Positions 59,280 to 64,000 of a stretch of 64,000 nt of DNA are shown one piece after another (the stretch's first letter is position 1; every line of letters begins with the position of its first letter). The translations under genes were made by a program, and so were the position numbers. Origin of the DNA: Deferribacterales bacterium (lineage in GTDB: Bacteria; Chrysiogenota; Deferribacteres; Deferribacterales; Geovibrionaceae). The DNA is taken from the NCBI GenBank assembly GCA_050251875.1, contig JBFWMA010000006.1, positions 32,001-96,000 of the forward strand. The letters are read 5' to 3'. A model generated the notes under the pieces. That model saw only the letters and a program-made list of their open reading frames with translations, ran no database searches and was not told the DNA's origin.

Positions 59280-60722
59280 ATGAGAAACATACTATCATTT
59301 ATAATAATCCTGCTGGCAATAGGCGCCGCCGTCCTGTATTCCGTCAACCTCTACTCCGGAAAAAAAATAACCGACAGTCCCTTCATGACCATAGAGATAC
59401 AGAAAGACAAAACAGCGCCTGCCGAAACCGCTCCCGCTCCACAGACAGAAGCTGTCCCCGCACAGGAACAGCCCGCCGCTGAGACCGGGCAGACCGAAGA
59501 TATCTACTCCCGCATAGACAAAATGGAAGAAAACCTGAACACCAAGCTGGGGGCGATATCCGAATCATCAGACAAGACTGAGATTCTGGCGAGATTCGAC
59601 CAGCTTAGCAAAGAATTAGAGGCGGACGTGACACTCATCCTGTCCGCTGTGAATAAAAAAGAACAGTGGTACCGAAACGAGTTCTATCAGGTGCTGGCGG
59701 CCATCGCCGCTGTTTTCGTCCTGATGGTCTCCGTGGTGCTGATGATGTATATCAGCCTGAAAAAAATCATGCTGAAAACATCATACGCCCCCTCACGCCC
59801 CGCCGCATCCGTCACTGCCGCTTCTGAATCCTCTTCAGAGGGGCAGACAGATGACGAAAACCCCATACTGACCGCCGTGGGCAGCGTTTCTGAAAAACTG
59901 GCGGCGAAAATATCCGAAACACAATATCTCTTCGACCCGGAAAAAGCCGTTAAGCTGACATCCAAGCAGAAGAGCGAGCTGATAGAGATCACTGAAGAGA
60001 TTCTTTTTCTGGACAAAGCCGGATGCAAACCCTCTCCCGAGGAATATTATCTGCTGGCGCTGGAGAGATTCTCCGACAAGAGCTTTACAGAGGCGACAGT
60101 CCTTTTCGAGCACCTGAAGCAGAAGGACGAAACCTTCTCGCAGGCATGGTATATGACAGGATACATGGAATATACCTCCAGAAAATATGAAACAGCCTAT
60201 GAAGATCTGGCTAAGGCATGCGCCATCGACACAGACAATTTCACATATCTGACTGCGTTCGGCAACGCGTGTCTGAAACTGAAAAAATATACCGAAGCGG
60301 CGGAAGCCTTCCACAAGGCATCATCCATAAACGGAAAAGACCCCGCCGTGTGGAACAACCTCGCTCACTCCTATATATTAAGCGGAAAGGCGGAGGAAGC
60401 CGCTGAGGCATTCGCCAAAGCTGTTGAGCTGAAACCTGATTTCCACGAAGCCCTGCACAACCTCGGACTCTCATTAAGCCGTCTGAAAAAATATGATGAG
60501 GCGGTGGAAGCGTTCGAAAAAGCGGTGGCTGTCAAACCCGATAAACACGAATCCATGTATAACGCCGCATGCGTCTATGCCCTGCTGGGCAAACGTGACG
60601 GTGCTCTTTCTTACCTGAAAAAGGCGGTTGATCTTTCACCCGACTACGCTAAGAAAGCAAAACAGGACAAAGACTTCGAAAGTTTCGCCGGAGATGCGGA
60701 ATTTACAAAGATAACAGGATAA
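59280..60722 (+). CDS. Membrane-anchored TPR-repeat protein
   Basis: N-terminal hydrophobic segment, second TM near aa 138-160, about 6-7 TPRs, terminal YNAACVYA...AKQDKDFES cap. Confidence 0.85.
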   Translation: MRNILSFIIILLAIGAAVLYSVNLYSGKKITDSPFMTIEIQKDKTAPAETAPAPQTEAVPAQEQPAAETGQTEDIYSRIDKMEENLNTKLGAISESSDKTEILARFDQLSKELEADVTLILSAVNKKEQWYRNEFYQVLAAIAAVFVLMVSVVLMMYISLKKIMLKTSYAPSRPAASVTAASESSSEGQTDDENPILTAVGSVSEKLAAKISETQYLFDPEKAVKLTSKQKSELIEITEEILFLDKAGCKPSPEEYYLLALERFSDKSFTEATVLFEHLKQKDETFSQAWYMTGYMEYTSRKYETAYEDLAKACAIDTDNFTYLTAFGNACLKLKKYTEAAEAFHKASSINGKDPAVWNNLAHSYILSGKAEEAAEAFAKAVELKPDFHEALHNLGLSLSRLKKYDEAVEAFEKAVAVKPDKHESMYNAACVYALLGKRDGALSYLKKAVDLSPDYAKKAKQDKDFESFAGDAEFTKITG

Positions 60723-60730
60723 CCGCAGTG

Positions 60731-62023
60731 ATGGACTGGGAAAGACTGCTGAGCTACCAGAGGGTAAAAGGCGGTCACACCGAACAGTTCGACTATGCCA
60801 GAAGCCCGTTCAATGTGGATTTTGACCGCATAATCTTCTCCGATGCCTTCCGCAGACTGGACGAGAAGACTCAGGTGCATCCATTAAGAAACAACGACAA
60901 CGTCCACTCCCGCCTGTCCCACAGTCTGGAGGTGGCTTCCGTTGGCAGAAGCCTCGGCACGCTCGCCGGAGGTTTTCTGAAAGAACGCTCGCTCCTGCCG
61001 GATATATTCACCCCCGACCACACAGGTCAGATAGTGCAAACCGCCTGTCTGGCGCACGACATAGGCAACCCGCCATTCGGACACACCGGAGAGGAGATCA
61101 TTCAGAACTGGTTCAAAGATGATAAGCACATAAAATATCTTGAATCTATGAAATCAAACCAGATAACTGATTTCACAGCATTCGAAGGCAATGCCCAGGC
61201 GTTCCGTATTGTCACCCGTCTGGGAATGTATAAAAACGAAGGCGGAATCAGACCCACATACGCCGTGATAGCGTCCATGATGAAATACCCCTGGGTACAC
61301 AGAGACGGCATAAAAAAATTCTGCTGTTTTTCCGATGACCTGTCCACTCTGGAAGACATCGCTCAGAAAACGGGACTCATGGGAAAAGACGGAATATATC
61401 AGCGCCATCCGCTGGCATACCTGTCCGAGGCGGCGGACGACATCTGCTACAGCATCATAGACATAGAAGACGCCTACGAGCTGAACCTCATCAGCTATGA
61501 AGAGGCGTATGACACTCTGAACGGCATATGCGGCGTAAAAGCCGAAAAGCTGGCGTCCAAGACCCGCAAAGAGTCGATTGCCTATCTGAGGGCTGTCGCC
61601 ATAGGAAAATGTGTTGAAGCCGTTATAACCGAGTTCAAAGACAGATATGAAGAGATGATTAAGGGCAGACTGCATTACAAACACAATCTGCTGGAAAACT
61701 CCGCAGTGAAAGACGCCATAGCCGAAGCAAAAAAGCTGGGCAGCGGCAAAATATACATCAACCCCAGAAAGATAATGCTGGAAGTGGGAGCGGAGAATAT
61801 TTACGATATCCTGCTCAGCAACTTCTGCAAGGGAGCCTTTGACAAAGCCGTCAACAACGGCGGCGGATTCCGCACCAGAGGCGTTATGAATCTGATGGGG
61901 GACGGAGCCGTGCAGGAGGGAGAGAGCGTCTTCACCGCCATGCACAAGGTGGTGGACTACATCACCGGAATGACAGACAGCTACGCCGCAGAAACAGCGA
62001 AGCTGATGCGGGGCATAGCCTAG
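60731..62023 (+). CDS. dgt: Deoxyguanosinetriphosphate triphosphohydrolase (HD family)
   Basis: RSPF..D.DRI, FRRL..KTQV, SRLSHSLEV, AHDIGNPPFGH, FEGNAQ, EAADDICY, DYITGMTD. Confidence 0.92.
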   Translation: MDWERLLSYQRVKGGHTEQFDYARSPFNVDFDRIIFSDAFRRLDEKTQVHPLRNNDNVHSRLSHSLEVASVGRSLGTLAGGFLKERSLLPDIFTPDHTGQIVQTACLAHDIGNPPFGHTGEEIIQNWFKDDKHIKYLESMKSNQITDFTAFEGNAQAFRIVTRLGMYKNEGGIRPTYAVIASMMKYPWVHRDGIKKFCCFSDDLSTLEDIAQKTGLMGKDGIYQRHPLAYLSEAADDICYSIIDIEDAYELNLISYEEAYDTLNGICGVKAEKLASKTRKESIAYLRAVAIGKCVEAVITEFKDRYEEMIKGRLHYKHNLLENSAVKDAIAEAKKLGSGKIYINPRKIMLEVGAENIYDILLSNFCKGAFDKAVNNGGGFRTRGVMNLMGDGAVQEGESVFTAMHKVVDYITGMTDSYAAETAKLMRGIA

Positions 62024-62700
62024 CCCCTGACTCCGAAATTCCTTATATATTTCTTAAGTATTTCTTCCGCTTTCAGATTGTCCAGACCGGACACGTCAAA
62101 AGTCTTATCCAGCATCTTAGCGTTTCTGATCCTCTGGAGAAAGAACAGACAGTCCGGCACTCTGTCGGCAAAAACAGCGACATCGTCCTCATCAGGCACC
62201 TCCCACAGAGTATGGCGAACCTCATAAGACACGCTGTATTTATCCAGTATCTCCACCGACCTGAAAAAATCGTTCAGATCAGCGTCCGTTCTGGTTATTC
62301 TTTTCAGCGAATTTTGAGAAAAAGCCTTCATATCCACAGCGGCATAATCCGCCAGCCCGGCGGAGCAGACCCTCTCCAGCGCATTAACCGAAAAACCGTT
62401 GGTATCCAGCTTCACCTTCAGACCGCGCTCTTTCATATCCGCCAGAAAATCGCTCAGATGCGGGGCGAGCAGAGGCTCGCCGCCTGTTACGGCGACAGCC
62501 TCTATATCCTTACCCGCCAGATATTCCAGAAAATCCTGAAGTCTGCTGACTTTTGCCCGCCCTGTCACCAGCTCGGGGTTGTGGCAGTACCGGCATCTTA
62601 AGGAGCATCCGTGGGTAAAAACGATGGATGAGATCTTGCCGGGATACTCCATAAGGCTGACATGCTGAAAATCTGCCACATAAAAGTCATAACTGCTCAT
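62020..62700 (-). CDS. nrdG: Anaerobic ribonucleotide reductase activating radical-SAM enzyme
   Basis: SLMEYPG, GCSLRCRYCHNPEL (CxxxCxxC), VTGGEP, KLDTNG, D.K. Confidence 0.9.
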   Translation of the reverse strand: MSSYDFYVADFQHVSLMEYPGKISSIVFTHGCSLRCRYCHNPELVTGRAKVSRLQDFLEYLAGKDIEAVAVTGGEPLLAPHLSDFLADMKERGLKVKLDTNGFSVNALERVCSAGLADYAAVDMKAFSQNSLKRITRTDADLNDFFRSVEILDKYSVSYEVRHTLWEVPDEDDVAVFADRVPDCLFFLQRIRNAKMLDKTFDVSGLDNLKAEEILKKYIRNFGVRG

Positions 62701-62867
62701 TATTTCACCTGAAATGTCTCTCTGTTTTTAAATTCTTCTTTTTTCCCCTCGTTCCATTGTTTGGTGGGGCTGTGATAGCCTACAACTCTGCTGTAGACGT
62801 CACAATCTGTTCCCTTAACGTCTTTCAGCTCCTGCTGAAGTCTGTTCAGTTCTGTCTGTTTATCCAT
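62700..62867 (-). CDS. Stand-alone 55-aa glycyl-radical subunit of the class III RNR (detached NrdD C-terminal domain)
   Basis: Manual translation MDKQTELNRLQQELKDVKGTDCDVYSRVVGYHSPTKQWNEGKKEEFKNRETFQVK; GGAGG RBS; ATG overlaps the nrdD end by 8 bp; TAA overlaps the nrdG ATG. Confidence 0.9.
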   Translation of the reverse strand: MDKQTELNRLQQELKDVKGTDCDVYSRVVGYHSPTKQWNEGKKEEFKNRETFQVK

Positions 62868-64000
62868 TAGCTGCCTCCGTCTCTATTTCATCCGCCAGTT
62901 CTTCTATGCGGCGGGTGATCTCCGCTTTTTTCTCCGACTCACACATGGGACAGGACGGGTGTTCGCCCCTGATATATCCGTGGATGGGACACACGGAAAA
63001 TGTGGGAGTGATCGTGATATAGGGCATGGTGTATTCCGATGTGATCTTCTCCAAAAGTTTTGCCACGGTGGACGTATCCGCAATAGATTCGCCCAGAAAA
63101 ACGTGAAAAACCGTTCCGCCCGTATACAGCGGCTGAAGCCTGTCCTGATGGCTCAGCGCATGGAAAAGATCTCTGGTCTGCTCCACGGGTATCTGTGTGG
63201 AGTTGGTATAATATGGTCGTGAATCCGAACCGGATGTGACTATGCCCGGGCAGTCTTTGACATCCTTCTTCGCCAGACGGTAAGATGTGCCCTCCGCCGG
63301 TGTCGCCTCCAGATTGTAGAGCATGTCGTCCTCATTCTGAAAATCCGCCAGCTTCTCACGCATGAAGTTCAGCACTTTTTCAGAAAAATCCAGCCCGTCT
63401 TCGTGCATGATGTCAACACCCATGAAATTCAGCAGACATTCGTTCATGCCGATAATGCCGATGGTGTTGAAGTGATTCTTCCAGTACTGCCCGAATCTGT
63501 CGTATATGCTGTCCAGATAGTGTCTGGAATATGGATAGAGCCCGTTGTGGGTCAGTTTTTCCAATGATTTGCGTTTGATGCGCAGAGCCTCACGGGCAAG
63601 CTCCATCAGCTCGCTCAGCCTTCCGAAGAAATCATCTTCGTTCGCTGCCTGATATCCCAGCCTCGGCAGGTTTATGGTTACCACTCCGATGGAACCTGTG
63701 AGCGGGTTAGCACCAAAGAGCCCTCCGCCCCGCTTTTTCAGCTCTCTGTTGTCCAGACGCAGACGACAGCACATGCTTCTGGCATCGTCAGGGCTCATGT
63801 CGCTGTTCACGAAGTTGGCGAAATACGGCGTACCGTATTTTGCCGTCATCTTCATCAGCTCGTCCACTATTGGTCTGTTCCAGTCGAACTGTTTGTCTAT
63901 GTTGTATGTGGGGATGGGGAATGTGAACACCCTGCCCTTGGCGTCCCCCTCCATCATCACCTCGAAGAAGGCTCGGTTAAATATAAACAGCTCTTCCTGA
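62860..64000 (-). CDS. nrdD: Class III (anaerobic) ribonucleoside-triphosphate reductase catalytic subunit, 5' part outside the window, lacking the glycyl-radical loop
   Basis: FTFPIPT, RSMCCRL, TGSIGVVTINLPR, NLEATPAE, YYTNS, YTGGTVFH, CPIHG...CPMC; frame stays open to the window end. Confidence 0.92.
   Translation of the reverse strand, partial: QEELFIFNRAFFEVMMEGDAKGRVFTFPIPTYNIDKQFDWNRPIVDELMKMTAKYGTPYFANFVNSDMSPDDARSMCCRLRLDNRELKKRGGGLFGANPLTGSIGVVTINLPRLGYQAANEDDFFGRLSELMELAREALRIKRKSLEKLTHNGLYPYSRHYLDSIYDRFGQYWKNHFNTIGIIGMNECLLNFMGVDIMHEDGLDFSEKVLNFMREKLADFQNEDDMLYNLEATPAEGTSYRLAKKDVKDCPGIVTSGSDSRPYYTNSTQIPVEQTRDLFHALSHQDRLQPLYTGGTVFHVFLGESIADTSTVAKLLEKITSEYTMPYITITPTFSVCPIHGYIRGEHPSCPMCESEKKAEITRRIEELADEIETEAANG

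Noticed and set aside
62860..62870. nrdD as a frameshifted pseudogene
   Set aside because: The downstream part has its own RBS and ATG, coupled overlaps on both sides, intact motifs and added helical segments, which fits a genuine two-gene arrangement better. A read-level check is still needed.

Overview
64-kb stretch of core bacterial chromosome from an anaerobic or microaerobic, motile Gram-negative organism. Protein style and gene order suggest Deferribacterota (Seleniivibrio/Geovibrio/Denitrovibrio-like), which is an inference and not verified. Content: two chemoreceptors, a 2-oxoacid:ferredoxin oxidoreductase, a di-heme cytochrome c peroxidase, gatCAB, a proB-proA-nadD-rsfS-trmL-mqnA operon behind tRNA-Gln, an Rrf2 regulator plus class II RNR (nrdJ), LPS glycosyltransferases, an rlmN-bcp-xseB-ispA-dxs-tlyA-nadK-recN-dedA-M23 run, pyrFE, cbiDEFGHJ, rnfCDGEAB, zapA-6S RNA-rarA-ygfA-rny-ymdB-nadA, a TPR protein plus dGTPase, and a class III RNR locus cut by the window end. 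No CRISPR array, prophage, integrase or transposase was seen, but three families of REP-like palindromes are present. The top finding is that the class III RNR is split. The large NrdD stops after its Zn ribbon, and its glycyl-radical loop (YSRVVGY) lies on a separate 55-aa gene (62700-62867, absent from the ORF track). That gene has its own RBS and is translationally coupled to both nrdD and nrdG, and both sides of the split carry extra heptad-pattern helices. Other items: cbiH has no canonical start codon upstream of its SAM-binding motif, one chemoreceptor is soluble with a C-terminal Cache domain, a GAAC-N4-GTTC box precedes nrdJ, the tRNA-Gln has an A1-U72 pair, and GGA-loop hairpins sit in the rarA leader.
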